A DNA stretch of 64,000 nt from Octopus vulgaris (GCA_951406725.2 OX597814.1:17794001-17858000); one strand, 5' to 3'. Shown: positions 15,505 to 29,232, counted from the first letter of the stretch. A program made the numbers and translations. Notes: generated by a model from the letters alone, not told the origin.

Positions 15505-16345
15505 CATCCGTCTATCTGCCTATCTGTCTGTCTGTCTGCCTGTTTCTTTTCGTGTGTATTTATATACATATGAGAAGTGTTATTGTTAGAGTATGAGTGT
15601 GAGTGAACGTGCGTGTGCTTTTGTATGTATGTAGGCATAAGTGGTAAGTCTTTAAGACTGTTAACTTTCTTCGCCAACATCTTACTGGGTCTTATTTGTG
15701 CAAGAAGCGAGTAAAATTTGTTGATACAGGTGCCTGCTTGGGCAAAAAACTAACAGTCAGTCTCTGTATATTTCAGTTTGATTCTTTTTGTTTGTTTGTT
15801 TTTTTTCTGGTATTTTTTTTCATTTCCTTTTTTGTGAGTGTTTGTATGTGTGATTTTATTAAGTAAGAGAATAGTTACCTCCATTGAATAAATGATCGCT
15901 TATCTCTACGCAGATTGACGCGCTCACACACGCACACGCGTACACACAAGAAACATCGTTGGGATGTGGTCGTCGTAAAGCTTATTCTTCGCATAAGCAG
16001 GAATATATAGACGCAAAACCGAGAGAATGAAAGAAGTAGAGGAAAAGAGAGAGAGTATTGAATACAAGGGTGGGCGGCAAAAAGGGGTTTCGCTTCTATG
16101 TTTCTATGTTGTATTTGTTTGTTACGAGGTTGTGCACATGTGTGATGAGTCTAATTCGTAATCCTCTCTCTCTCTCTCTCTTCTCTCTCACCTCCCCCCT
16201 CTCTCTCTCAGGCGCGCACACACAGATACACATACGCAGAAACACACATGCTCACACATATAGAAAGAGGTTGGGCCAAAAGTCACGCACCAAACCGTTG
16301 AACATTTTTATTTCTTTTATCTTGTTATTATTTTTAGCAATGATT

Positions 16346-16496
16346 GGTGGTATTTCGTCCGTCTTCATGCTCTGAGTCGACATTGCCTTTTCTCATTTCG
16401 GGATCGATAAATTAAATACCAGTAAAATACTGGGGTCGATGTAATCGACATGCTCCCTCTCCCAAAATTTCAGGCCTTGTACCTTTAGTAGAAAGG

Positions 16497-16500
<4 letters not shown>
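16346..16500 (+). mobile_element. SINE family C, 5'-truncated, alternative tail ending in (TTA)n
   Basis: C core followed by cccaaaatttcaggccttgtacctttagtagaaaggatta and then (tta)n to 16565. Confidence 0.75.
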
Positions 16501-16565
<65 letters not shown>

Positions 16566-17032
16566 GAGTGTGAGAGCAGTGCATGCCATCAAAGAAATAC
16601 TAGGATACAAATATACGAAGCTTTATATACCCATAAGGCTACACTATGCACATGCATTACAAATATGTGCGCCAAATGGTGATTTCATATCAAGATAAAT
16701 AGCACATGACCTTGCAGGTGGGGACCCAGTTAGAAGTTCTTCAGGTCGAATAGCCCATCCTACTCAAAAGGTCCCTGAATAAGGTTTGTTTAAAGAGGAA
16801 GAATGAAACACTCATGTTTCCAGAGGTGAATTATCCAAACCCCAAAGAATTCATCTCAACACGTGTCTATGATGTTCTCCCCACTACTTCTGCTCGTGAT
16901 CAGGGATGCACATATTGTCAGCCACTAAAGGACATGGTCGACTGATTAAGGTCAAAGCAACTGACAAGCAAATCTGTGGTATTGAGCAGAATATTTGTTG
17001 TAGCTCATCGTTTATACCAAGACAAAACAATA
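16566..17032 (-). mobile_element. Non-coding retroelement E with (TAA)n tail
   Basis: Homologous to 52850-53172 and 36618-36665; 3' end ...actgctctcacactc runs into (AAT)n. Confidence 0.8.
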
Positions 17033-17150
17033 TTGGTCGGCCCGAGGCTATAGTAGAAGACACTTGCCCAAGATGCCACGCAGTGGGACTGAACCCGGAA
17101 CCATGTGGTTGGTTAGCAATCTACTTACCACACAGCCACTCCTGCGCCTA
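17033..17150 (-). mobile_element. SINE family D, head region only
   Basis: Matches the 5' ~118 bp of family D and abuts element E directly. Confidence 0.8.
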
Positions 17151-17662
17151 TTTTGTTTATCATGCACATGTATGTTTGCATTCATTGCGACTTCATTTAC
17201 TTTATTCAATTTTAGAAAAATTAGTGGATGTCTCCGACATTTCCTGAGCATACCGAACTTATTTTGTGCGCCACTTTTGGCTCAGCCTTGTATATGAATA
17301 TATAAGGTTATATTCTCTTAGCTCCTGCAGGAACCCTACGGACACATTATGTCCTAAGGAGGGTATTGCACATCCAAATTAGACGAAATTCATCATAAAC
17401 CGTGTCGAATCATGAACTTTTCTGAGACGGAGAATCGATTCTCTGTGTGTGTGTGTGTGTGGGGTGGTGCATTTGTGCTTGCGTATTGGATGTTCAGAGG
17501 GGAGGAAAGACAGTAGAGTGTAAAAGAGGCAAATATGGGTAAGAGATACAAATTCACAATACCGGCCACAGTATACTTTCATGAGACTACTAGCACTTTA
17601 ATTTTGTTTTATGCTTACTTGTAATATTTATTTTTCATTCTCTGTTTACACAGACTGACACA

Positions 17663-17754
<92 letters not shown>

Positions 17755-17757
17755 ACG

Positions 17758-17990
17758 GTAAAATAATCACCACTTAAAAGTGAATGTTGCTTTAGATAAG
17801 GTCGAGCCAAACAGAAATCACCTGATCTGGTAGTCGAAACTGCGGAAGCAGCGGTGATTGTCTGCTGCTGGCGGTAGCTATGATGTACTTTTATGCACCA
17901 GTTAACCAAATGAGTGTTTTTCTCTCTTGGTAAATATTGCAGTATTTCTGTTCTAACGCAACATGCACTTTTAAGTGGTGATTGTTTTAC
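17758..17990. mobile_element. MITE-like element with ~33-bp terminal inverted repeats
   Basis: gtaaaataatcaccacttaaaagtgaatgttgc (from 17758) versus the reverse complement of gcaacatgcacttttaagtggtgattgttttac (ending 17990): 2 mismatches in 33 bp; no ORF inside. Confidence 0.8.
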
Positions 17991-18032
17991 ATATGGGTAT
18001 TAATACTGCCTCTGTCGCTCTCTTCCTCACTT

Positions 18033-18094
<62 letters not shown>

Positions 18095-18250
18095 ATCAAC
18101 TAATAAGGGTGAGAGAATTAGATACTAATTTAATAGTATATCCATTTAACACCAAGTGGCTTAGTGCTAGAGTCGACCACATAGTGGTTACTCTCTTATA
18201 GTTATATATATGTATAAATATATATACTTTATTTAAAAGCAGCAGAACTA

Positions 18251-18307
18251 TAACAAAAGCTGTTACTCGGAGTTTCACGTTCCCGTTCGTCGGAGACAGT
18301 TTTGTTA
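18251..18307 (-). ncRNA. Degenerate minimal hammerhead-ribozyme-like motif (possible Penelope-like element remnant)
   Basis: Minus strand: taacaaaactgt-ct-CCGACGA-acg(ggaa)cgt-GAAA-ctc(c)gag-TA-acagcttttgtta. Three stems in type I topology; core deviates from CUGANGA by U4C and there is a 2-nt insertion. Confidence 0.5.
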
Positions 18308-18322
18308 AAATAGAACCGAAAT

Positions 18323-18393
<71 letters not shown>

Positions 18394-19208
18394 TAGAGAC
18401 TGGCATTTCTGGATTATCTCCCCTGTTTCTTTTGAGATGAACTTTTAGTAACATAGTTACTTTAACACTAAAGACTCTTCCTGCCATTAGGCCTTAAATT
18501 GAAATTGATAAAGAAATTATTTTCGGTTCATGATACCAGATAATGTTACCCATATTAAATACCGGTTCAAGGTAGGGACAGAAGAATTTTTTTAATGAAT
18601 AAGTGTTCACTCTACGCAATCTGGTTCATTGTTGTCTATGGAGAAAAATTGATTTGGTACAAGCCACTGGTCACTCTAAATGTGAAAACAAACTTCTATC
18701 TATATCGTCGCTTGATCTTCCATAATGAGCAGCCATAACTTCCTGAATATCTCACTCACAATGTGTTTGAAAGACTTGTCGGCTAGATTAGATGTGAGTT
18801 GTTGCTAAATAACAGGTTTGGACTATCGCTGTTCAACGTCACCAACAACACATTGAAAAGATGCAAGCTAGGAAGACTCCAGCTATGAGCAAACTATGTG
18901 GACCATTTATTATATACAAATATAAGCCAGCAGCCAACAGCCGTAATGAATCCGATTATAAAGCTGGAGAAATATTAATTCTAGTTACTTAGACGTGCAC
19001 GATTTATGCGAACAATTATGTTCCTAATATTCTTCGAATAATACCTGAAATACACTGGCATCATACCCAGACACTATTCTCCAATTCTTATGAATATAAG
19101 TCGACCTTTGAGCTATACTTTCGTCTTTCAATGGCAGAATTTTGCAGACATTATACATCAATCAAAGTGTGTGTGGGCGCGCGTACATATGTTTATGGAT
19201 ATATACGT

Positions 19209-19248
<40 letters not shown>

Positions 19249-19298
19249 ATAGATTGATAGATAGAGAGAGAGAGAGAGATTATATATATATATATACC

Positions 19299-19406
<108 letters not shown>

Positions 19407-19437
19407 CACACACAATGACATTAGAACTAAGGTATTG

Positions 19438-19812
19438 TTTTATTCTTTTATTTGCTTCACTCATTTTTATTGCGGCCATGCTGGAGCACCGCCTTGAAGT
19501 GTTTTTGTCGAATAATTCGACACCAAAGCTCAATTTTTAAGTCCTAGAAGTTATTCTATCGGACTCTCTGCCGAACCGCTAAGTTATGGGGACGTAAACA
19601 CACCCACACCGGTTGTCAAGCGGGAATAGATGGACAATAAACACGCATACACACACACACACACACGCATATACAACAGCTTTCTTTCAGTTTCCGTCTA
19701 CTAAATCCACTTACAAGTCTTTAGTCGGCCTGCAGCTATAGTAGAGAACATTTTACCGAAGATGCCACATAGTGGCACTGAACCTGGAGCCATGTAGTTC
19801 GGAAGCAACCAC
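19438..19812 (-). mobile_element. SINE family D, diverged
   Basis: gcggccatgctggagcaccgcc, ccgaaccgctaagtta and tttcagtttccgtctac blocks. Confidence 0.8.
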
Positions 19813-20234
19813 ATGTTTATATGAGGACTGGTGAGAATTCTGTGTGCGTATGCTTGTCTGTGTTTGCGGCGTTTGTCTGTAACTACCACCGTCTGACAGG
19901 CAGCGTTTGTTTGTTTGTTTGCGTTCCCGTAATCCAGTGACTCTACAGAAAGACTGACATAATAAGTACAAGACTTACCAATAAGGGGTTGATTTTTTTT
20001 TTTTTTTTGACAAAATTATTCAAGACAGTGATAGACCATGGTTGCTTTCCAATGAGTGAAACAAGTTAAAGCCAAAACACAAAAGATGCGTGTGTGTGTG
20101 TGTGTTTGAATGCACGTGCGTGTTACTGTCATGTTTGTGCATACAATAAAATATGCATACTTAAGGCCTCTATGTTTTCGTGCACTCGCGCCATTTTTAT
20201 GTGGGGTCTGATCTCTTCTATTCTATGTGTGTGA

Positions 20235-20274
<40 letters not shown>

Positions 20275-20497
20275 ACATAATCGCAGCCAGTATGTTTTAC
20301 CCTGTATATTTTAATGTCGTGTCTAGACAGCGTACTAGAAAGAACATAAAATAAAATAATAAAAAAAATACACATAACAACAATATAAACAACAACAACA
20401 GCAGCAACAACAACAACAACAACAACAACAAGCAACAATAATAATAATAATAATAATGATAATAATGATAATAATAATAATAATAATGATAATAATG

Positions 20498-20540
<43 letters not shown>

Positions 20541-21311
20541 TAATAATAACAATAATAATAATAATAATAATAATGATAATCCCCCAAACGTTTCGTCGGT
20601 AAGTGCGTATAACAAGACGAGACGAATTCTTCTAAGTATTTCTTTGAATTTGTATAGAGGCAAATCTCTATAATGAGAAGTAGAATTTTTGTTTTAGCGT
20701 TTAGCGTTGCACTTCGTTTACTGTGCATTCCAGCCCTCTTTACCCCTACACATTTTTTTTTTCGTTTTGTATTCTTCCCTTTTCTTTCTCTTCTCCCTTT
20801 TCCGTCTAACTCTACCACCATGTATACATACATACATACATACATACATACATACATACAATCATACATACATACATACATACGTGTACATACATGTATG
20901 TTTATATATCTGCTTTATAAATGTATTTTTCCTCTTCTCTCACACATCATTTCCCTCCTCTTCACGTCTTTTCTGCAAGTTGCCTAAATGTCTGCGACTC
21001 TTCGAAGCATGGCTGTCTAGTGGAGTTATAACGAGCCGATACCCCGCGGTTATCATATGTTTTAGGAGTCATATCGACTCTGTGATCAAACGTCTCTTTA
21101 GAGATGGGCGTCCTCAAAAACACAGTTCGGCTCCTGGTTACAAGCCCACCAGCACACACTTACCAACATTACAACAAAAACAATAACAAAAACAGCAACA
21201 ACAACAACAACAACAACAACAGTTTCCTTATTTTCCAAGAGTGTAGTACCCCACAAAAACAAAATGGAAACATTACACAAACACAAACCCAAATATATTC
21301 GCGTCCCCCCC

Positions 21312-21356
<45 letters not shown>

Positions 21357-21529
21357 CATATATGCATACACATATACATACATGAAAATAAATTGTATAT
21401 TCCCTTTCAATGTGCTTATATATAAATATATACATATACATACATACATACATACATACATACATACATACATACATACATACATACATACATACATACA
21501 TGCATATATATATATATATATATATATAC

Positions 21530-21573
<44 letters not shown>

Positions 21574-21746
21574 ATATATACTTATATAAGATGATTTAGT
21601 TGACCGAAAATTTGAAATCACTGTCAATATTGTTTTTGTTTTACCTATCTATCTACATATATATGTGTGTGTGTGTACATATATACATACATACATACAT
21701 GCACACATGCTACATACATACATACACACACACATACATACATACA

Positions 21747-21832
<86 letters not shown>

Positions 21833-23032
21833 TATATGAATGTAAAGAAAAATGTATGTTAGGAATTGAAAAGAGATGGCCACTTTGGGAATAAGTGTTT
21901 ATTCCCAATCTATGGTTACAATAGTCATTTTAAATCCCCAATTCCCAGTGACAGACTAAAGCTAAAATTCATCAACTCGAACCATTTAACTACAGCATAG
22001 CAAACTACTACATTCACCAGCCTTTCCTGTATATATATTTTTTTTCAGCATTGGCTCCAATTTGGCTCCTCTGATCTAAGTGATTATACATGTTGGATCG
22101 TTTGTTCTTCTGAAAAGAGAAAAATGGATTGATTTCAGAAAATAAAGTGCCGGAAGTAAAACCGCGAAGTACTTTTGTCCAACGGATTAGCGCTTCCATG
22201 ATCTTGCCACTAAATGTTGTTTCAAATTTTGGTACAAGGCCAGGAATTATAGAAGGGAGTTAGTCGATATAATCGACCCCAGTATTTGACTGGTATTATT
22301 TTATCGATCCCGAAGAGATGAAGGGCACGGTTGATCTTAGAGAGATTCGAACAAAATATTAAAACAATTACTGGAAAGCATTTTTTCCGATATTCCAACG
22401 ATTCCTCCAGGTAAAATCTATGACTTCAATCGAGTAAAACTCAAACGTGCATTTAGTAATTAATTCACGCCTTAACTGCAAGATTTTATAACCCCGTCGT
22501 CCGTATCCTCAATGACTCCATATTTCAAGTTTCTTCTTTTGTGAATTCATATTATTGCCATAACATTTGCATATTTGCTTATTTGTAAATCTTTTTATGA
22601 AGAATAATGTTTTTCGATCAAAGTATAAACGAGAGGAAATCAATTTAAATACAACAATATTTGTATAGATTTTTCTTACATCGTTTATAGTTACAATCGT
22701 TTGATCTGAATATTAATGAGAAGTAAGCTGTAAATGATCGGAGAAGAAATCAAAACTGTAATCATAAAAATAACGCATAGTATTAGCAACAGGTGTTATG
22801 GATTGGAGAATCTGCTAAACTCTAGCAAGGTCGTATACGGATAGTTTTGATTCAGTGTACTCAGAGTAAGATAGAGGATGCCTCTCATTCTACTCACGTA
22901 ACAGCATGAGAACGATTGAAAGTAAAATCAGAGCAACATGTCTGCTGTTAAAGATCTATTAGAAACAACAGGTAACTAACTGATGAATATCGAATCTTCG
23001 CGAGAAGGGCCTCGGTTCATCAACTAAATACC

Positions 23033-23263
23033 TATTTCTTTATTACCCACAAGGGGCTAAACATAGAGGGGACAAAAAAGGACAGACATAGGTATTAAGT
23101 CGATTATATCGACCCAGTGCGTAGCTGGTACTAAATTTATCGACCCCGAAAGGATGAAAGGCAAAGTCGACCTCGGCGGAATTTGAACTCAGAACGTAAC
23201 AGCAGACGAAATACCGCTAGGTATTTCGCCCGGTGTGCTAACGTTTCTGCCAGTTCGCTGCCT
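23033..23263 (-). mobile_element. SINE family C, full length
   Basis: Reverse complement of the 5709-5942 family; 17-bp TSD ttcatcaactaaatacc at 23016-23032 and 23264-23280. Confidence 0.9.
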
Positions 23264-23541
23264 TTCATCAACTAAATACCATTGCTTCAACCATCCTTAT
23301 ATATATATATATATATATATGTGCGTGTGTGTGTGTAGATAAACAGCGATAGGGCTTACACAAAATATGAAAACCTCGTTCCTGAATTTTCGTGTCCTTG
23401 TGACCGATTCTAATATATTTTATATAGTGTTTGATTTATGAAAATCTTTCTTTAAGTACTGTGACTGTATCAAAATTCTTTACAAATTTTTTTAAAAATA
23501 GGTATAATATAATATTGTATAATAAAAATAAAAATAATAAT

Positions 23542-23594
<53 letters not shown>

Positions 23595-24124
23595 CAACAA
23601 TAATAACAATAATAATGATATGTGTGTATGTATGCATGTCAGTCTGTATATATATATATATTTCTTTATTTATGTATTAAGGCTACCATTGGTTTCATGT
23701 TATGAAAGACATCGTAATTTTTTCTAGCCGATCACTTGGAAGTATGGAGTCTGTCTCCATTTTGGATGAAAACACACGCAAACATATATGTGTGTGCGTG
23801 CGTGTGTGTATGTATGTATGTGTATACCGAGATCGATGTAATCGACTGACCATATCCAGCCAAAAATTTCAGGTCTTGTGCCTATAGTAGATCTAATAAT
23901 CCTTTCTATACTATAGGCACAAGGCCTGAAATTTTAGGGGAGGAGACTAGTCGATTACATCGACCCCAGTGTTTCACTGGTAATCTATCGATTCCGAAAG
24001 GCTGAAATTTGAACACAGAGCGTAAAGACAGACAAAATGTCTTCTCGTTTTACCTTACAACTACAGGGATAAATATAAAAGCTTAGTTTTGCTGATCAAA
24101 ATGAGTAAAATTTCTACGAGTTGT

Positions 24125-24290
24125 AGGGGTAGGAGTGGCTGTGTGGTAAGAAGCTTGCTCACCAACCACATGATTCCGGGTTCAGTCCCACTGCGTGGCA
24201 CCTTGGGCAAGTCTTCTACTATAGCCTCGGGCCGACCAAAACCTTGTGAGTGGATTTGGTAGACGGAAACTGAAAGATGCCCGTCGTATG

Positions 24291-24335
<45 letters not shown>

Positions 24336-24548
24336 ACATGTTTGTGTGTCTGTGTTTGTCCCCCCCAACATCGCCTGACAACCGATGCTGGTGTGTTTAC
24401 GTCCCCGTAACTTAGCGGTTCGGCAAAAAGACACGGATAGAATAAGTACTAGGCTTCCAAAGAATAAGTCCTGGGGTCGATTCACTCGACTAAAGACGGT
24501 GCTCCAGCATGGCCTCAGTCAAATGACTGAAACAAGAAAAAAAAGAGA
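24125..24548 (+). mobile_element. SINE family D, near full length
   Basis: tRNA-like head, CORE-like ccttgggcaagtc block, internal TA/TG microsatellite, tail gctccagcatggcc...gtcaaatgactgaaacaag. Confidence 0.9.
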
Positions 24549-24637
24549 GCCATAATAATATTAGGGAAGGCTTCTTTTCTGTGGTTTAACATGCTAGAAC
24601 TAGTAACCCGAATCTTCCTCTTACAATCTTCGAAAAA

Positions 24638-24683
<46 letters not shown>

Positions 24684-25087
24684 TGGGATGGTCGCGAGTG
24701 GAACGCTTTTGGTCATAAACAACAACAACAGGAAATATATATTTGTTTTGTTTTTTTGTTTCTAATCTGATGTCATCACCTCCTTATTATTTTTTTTGGC
24801 TGCCGGATTATTATCGGCAAACCAATAAATAAACAAATAAATAATTACTAATATTATTTTTTTGTTTTTTTGTTTTTGGTTTTTTTCTTTTTCGTTTCAT
24901 TTTCGTCGATAAACGTTTATATACTTGACTCTTTCATAGCCTTCAGTTATATAATTAAAAATTAATGCACACGCTTCTGCAAACAGGCGGGCAAAGAAAC
25001 AACAAGCACGTGGCTGTTTACATCACAACCCCCCCACTCTCTCTCTCTCTCTCTCTCTTTCTCTTTCTCTCTCTGACACACGTACAC

Positions 25088-25123
<36 letters not shown>

Positions 25124-25819
25124 ACACACAGACTCACAGATTTTCGGCTGATTTTTCTCTTTTTTCCACTTATGTCCTGTGATTTTTGTGCGTTTACCGT
25201 TAACATACACACGCGAATACGTACGTGCATTTGCTCTTACACACACGCACACACACACACACACATATCTGTGTGTGTGTGTGTGCGTGCGTGCGTGTGT
25301 GTGTGTGTGTGTATGTGTGTGTGTGTGTGTGTGTGCATAAAGCATTTTGTATGATCGACTATGTTGCAATTTACCGATTTCACTTTCGTAAACGAGATTT
25401 GGAGAGGAGCGATTTTGCAGCAGTATAGAGACAGTGCCAGCACACGCGCCTCTCCTCCAACACCAATCACCACCACCACCACCACCACTACTACAAAAGC
25501 TCGGAACGATCATCACGCTACACATTAATAACCATAATTTTAGGTCCCATGTCATCACCTCCGTTTCAGCCCCTGTCGCTACTTAGTCGGCCATGTAATC
25601 ATTCATTGTGTTGTTTCGACAACTAATAATTATCGGAGCAAGTTAGGATGTGTGACCGTTAATAGCAGAAGCCTTATGTCTGTGATTAAACGAATGGGAT
25701 ATTATAGAAAGACCGCCCAAATAGAAGGATATACTGTGAGTACTGTCATCATTTCCGATTACGATTAAAAGTCAGTAAATTTGTGTCAACACCCACTCAA
25801 GATTTCTCTTAGAACTTCA

Positions 25820-26175
25820 TCTTTCATCTTTCAATTGTTTCAATCATTACTCTGCGGCCATACTGGGGCACTGCCTTGAAGGATTTTTAGTCGAATGAAT
25901 CGACCTCAGTAGATTTTATTTTTTTTGTTTTTCTCCTTTATGAGGCTGGTACTTACTCTATATGTCTCTTTTGCTGATACAATAGTTGGGAACAAAAACA
26001 GACACAAAGATACACACACATATATATATAACGGGGTTTTTTTCCGTTTTCCAGCTATCAAATCCACTCCCAAAGATCTGTCCGTCGATATAGTAAAAGA
26101 CACTTGTCCAAGTACCGAACCCGGAACCATGTGGTTAAGAAGCAAGCGTCTTACCACATAGACACGTCTGCGCCC
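25820..26175 (-). mobile_element. SINE family D, diverged
   Basis: Recognisable tail, body and gaacccggaaccatgtggtt head blocks. Confidence 0.7.
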
Positions 26176-26502
26176 CATAGAAAATTTTCTTCAAATATTT
26201 CTCAAATGCGTCGCTTATTCATCGTACCGAGTTCAAATGCTGCTAAGCTCGATTTTACTTTTCCTCCTCCTGGGACTGATAACCCCTACTACAACAATAC
26301 CATTGCCAGCACCATCAACAATCGATAATGAGTTAGTGGTGGAGCTTCTACGTTGTCGGCTAGAAATAGTAACCAAATTTCCTTCGAATCACACCCTAGT
26401 TTCTTGGAAAACATGTCAGATGATATGCTCCGGTGTTCCTGGCTCTTGAACGCAAAAATCTCAACAAACCTCAAGCAACAAACATTTCAGATTTTTCTTA
26501 TA

Positions 26503-26894
26503 TCTCTCTATATATAAAGCTGAAGTTGTCTGTGTATGGCATGTTTGGTAGCCTTCAACTAACACTATCTCCTCCGAGACCCTGGGGCGCAAGTTGACCA
26601 AAATTGAGAGTATGATAGAAGAAGGCTTGCTCTTCCTTCTGTTGAAGCAAAAATTCAAATCGGACCATGTTAACACCAAAAATTATTTACATCAAAAAGT
26701 TGCTTTTTTTTCTATGAAAATCCCTATTATTTACAATTTTTTGACTGCTGTGCAGCCATTTTTTGGTGTATTTCAACCAGAAAAATGTACATTTAAGAGA
26801 ATAACAAGCTAGATAATGCAAAATTTTTACTTTTCAAAAATTCCAATTCTAAAGGGTCAAAACAAACCCAAGCAACGCCGGGCAATACTGCTAG
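26503..26894 (+). mobile_element. Non-autonomous Helitron, second family
   Basis: A|TCtctctatatataaag ... cccaagcaacgccgggcaatactgCTAG|T; termini shared with the 8573 and 60980 elements, interior different. Confidence 0.85.
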
Positions 26895-27181
26895 TCCTTA
26901 TATATTCCTTTCTCTGCTCTGCGTTAAAATCCTACTGAGATCGGTTTTGGTTTTTCATCCTTCCGGTGTTGAGAAAAATAACATACCAGATAAATACTGG
27001 TATCGATTCTAATTTTCCAAAAAGGTTGTGGCCTTTTGCTAAATTGGAAAGCATTAGTCTGTTAAACGAGATATAGTGTTGACGCAACTCAATTTTGGCT
27101 ACCCCTCTTTTGATTTACCTCTCTTGATTTGCCAGTAACCTGATTTTCATTTTATAAGGTAACTAGATTTTCTGAGACAGT

Positions 27182-27262
<81 letters not shown>

Positions 27263-27264
27263 AA

Positions 27265-27378
<114 letters not shown>

Positions 27379-27458
27379 AATCAATCTATCTATCTATCTA
27401 TCTATATAAATGCTTGTATGTATGTATATAAATATATATGTATGTATACATAACATAT

Positions 27459-27503
<45 letters not shown>

Positions 27504-27522
27504 CATATTTATATACATACAA

Positions 27523-27602
<80 letters not shown>

Positions 27603-28450
27603 GAGAAAAATTAGTGAGCTTTGTAAGCTGTCATATGCGGAAATCCGAGTTGATCAAATAACCTGGTTTACCAGGAATTATAAGCGTATTTGCCTGTAAT
27701 GCTACATTAATTACTGTATAACGCAATTTTGGAGAGCATTATTATATGATGTGGGAAGAGTGATAAAACCTGAATGGGAGTCGGGCTAAATTGTTTAGTA
27801 ATGAAACCCAAATTTTTAACTTTCACATGATCAAAATCTCTCGGCCACAATGAGCAAACTATGTTACTGACTCACTGTTAACAATATAAACATTAACAAA
27901 ATTCACTAGAACAAGAGGAAGTCCAAGATAACATCACCACATTTAGATCATTCGAGACGCTTTAGAATTTTGATGTAGCGCCTGACATACGCTTGCTATT
28001 TTTCTATTTTTAGAATGAGATTTTTGCAATGTGCTTACTTTTTCTTCTATTGAAATAGTAATTCGAGGAAATTTAGCTGCTATAGTTAACCTGACGATCA
28101 ACCAAATAGAAACTCTATCACTGACTCACCAATAACCAACAGACAATTAGAGAAATATGTGAACCATTTGCGCCCAAAATACATAGCAGGACAAATAACG
28201 TCAAATAGTTATCAAACACTATGCAGGGATTCACAATGTCACAGATAACTGAAGATGAACGACTGTTGCTCTCTAACTGATCTCATTTCCTGCCCCGTCA
28301 ATGCAATCAGTATCAAATCAGCGGGGAAGCCTTTACGCGGTTCATTCAAGCGGTTAGAAATAACAACCAGATCACTCTCAAATGATACAATACTCACTAA
28401 AAAAGATATGTTAGATAACATACCCATACGTTCCTGGCACTTAACATAAC

Positions 28451-28519
28451 GTGGAGGCACATGGCCCCAGTGGTTAGAGCAGCGAACTTATGAGCCAGAC
28501 ATGGCTCTAGAAGGAAGGA
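28451..28519 (+). mobile_element. 69-bp internally deleted SINE (head A fused to the end of tail 2)
   Basis: gtggaggcacatggccccagtggttagagcagcgaa joined to cttatgagccagacatggctctagaaggaa; 12-bp TSD acttaacataac at 28439-28450 and 28520-28531. Confidence 0.85.
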
Positions 28520-29092
28520 ACTTAACATAACACAGGACTGTCATGGGTGGAAAGCATTCGAGCATAGGCCTGCTCGATGATGAAGTGGCATGAGGTTAAA
28601 CCACGACAACGCCGAGAACAACAGCAAAAAACATCAGCAAGAACATCACGAATACAAATGATACCACCACCATAATTAGCATCGACCACAAAAATATATG
28701 GCGCTGTTAGAAACACAGCAACAACATCAACAACACAGCGATAAGTGCAGTGGCAGCAGCAGTAGTAGTAGTAGTAGCAGTAGTAGTAGTAGTAGCAGCA
28801 GTTGTAGCAGCAGCAGCAACAATATTGCATGAAAGAAACTAAAATGAGAACAGCGACTAAAACAAATGTTTAGGACAATTAAAAGATTGTTTTCATAAAA
28901 CTAAAGAGGTTAAAAACAATTGAATTTTCACTTAATTACATATTGTTCCAGAAAAGTTTCATTTGAAATATGATCACATATGACATTTTACTTTCAGTAG
29001 ATGTACGTATGTTTGTTTGCATGTATACATGCATGTGTACATATACATACATATGTATATATATATATATATATGTGTGTATGTATGTACGA

Positions 29093-29148
<56 letters not shown>

Positions 29149-29177
29149 GTGTGTGTGTGTATGTACGTATATACATG

Positions 29178-29232
<55 letters not shown>

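Noticed and set aside
26330-26410. Old dispersed repeat with a gctagaaatagcagccaaat-like motif (also near 24590, 28350, 34510, 58090)
   Set aside because: Probably a real ancient repeat family, but boundaries and class cannot be defined from these diverged copies.
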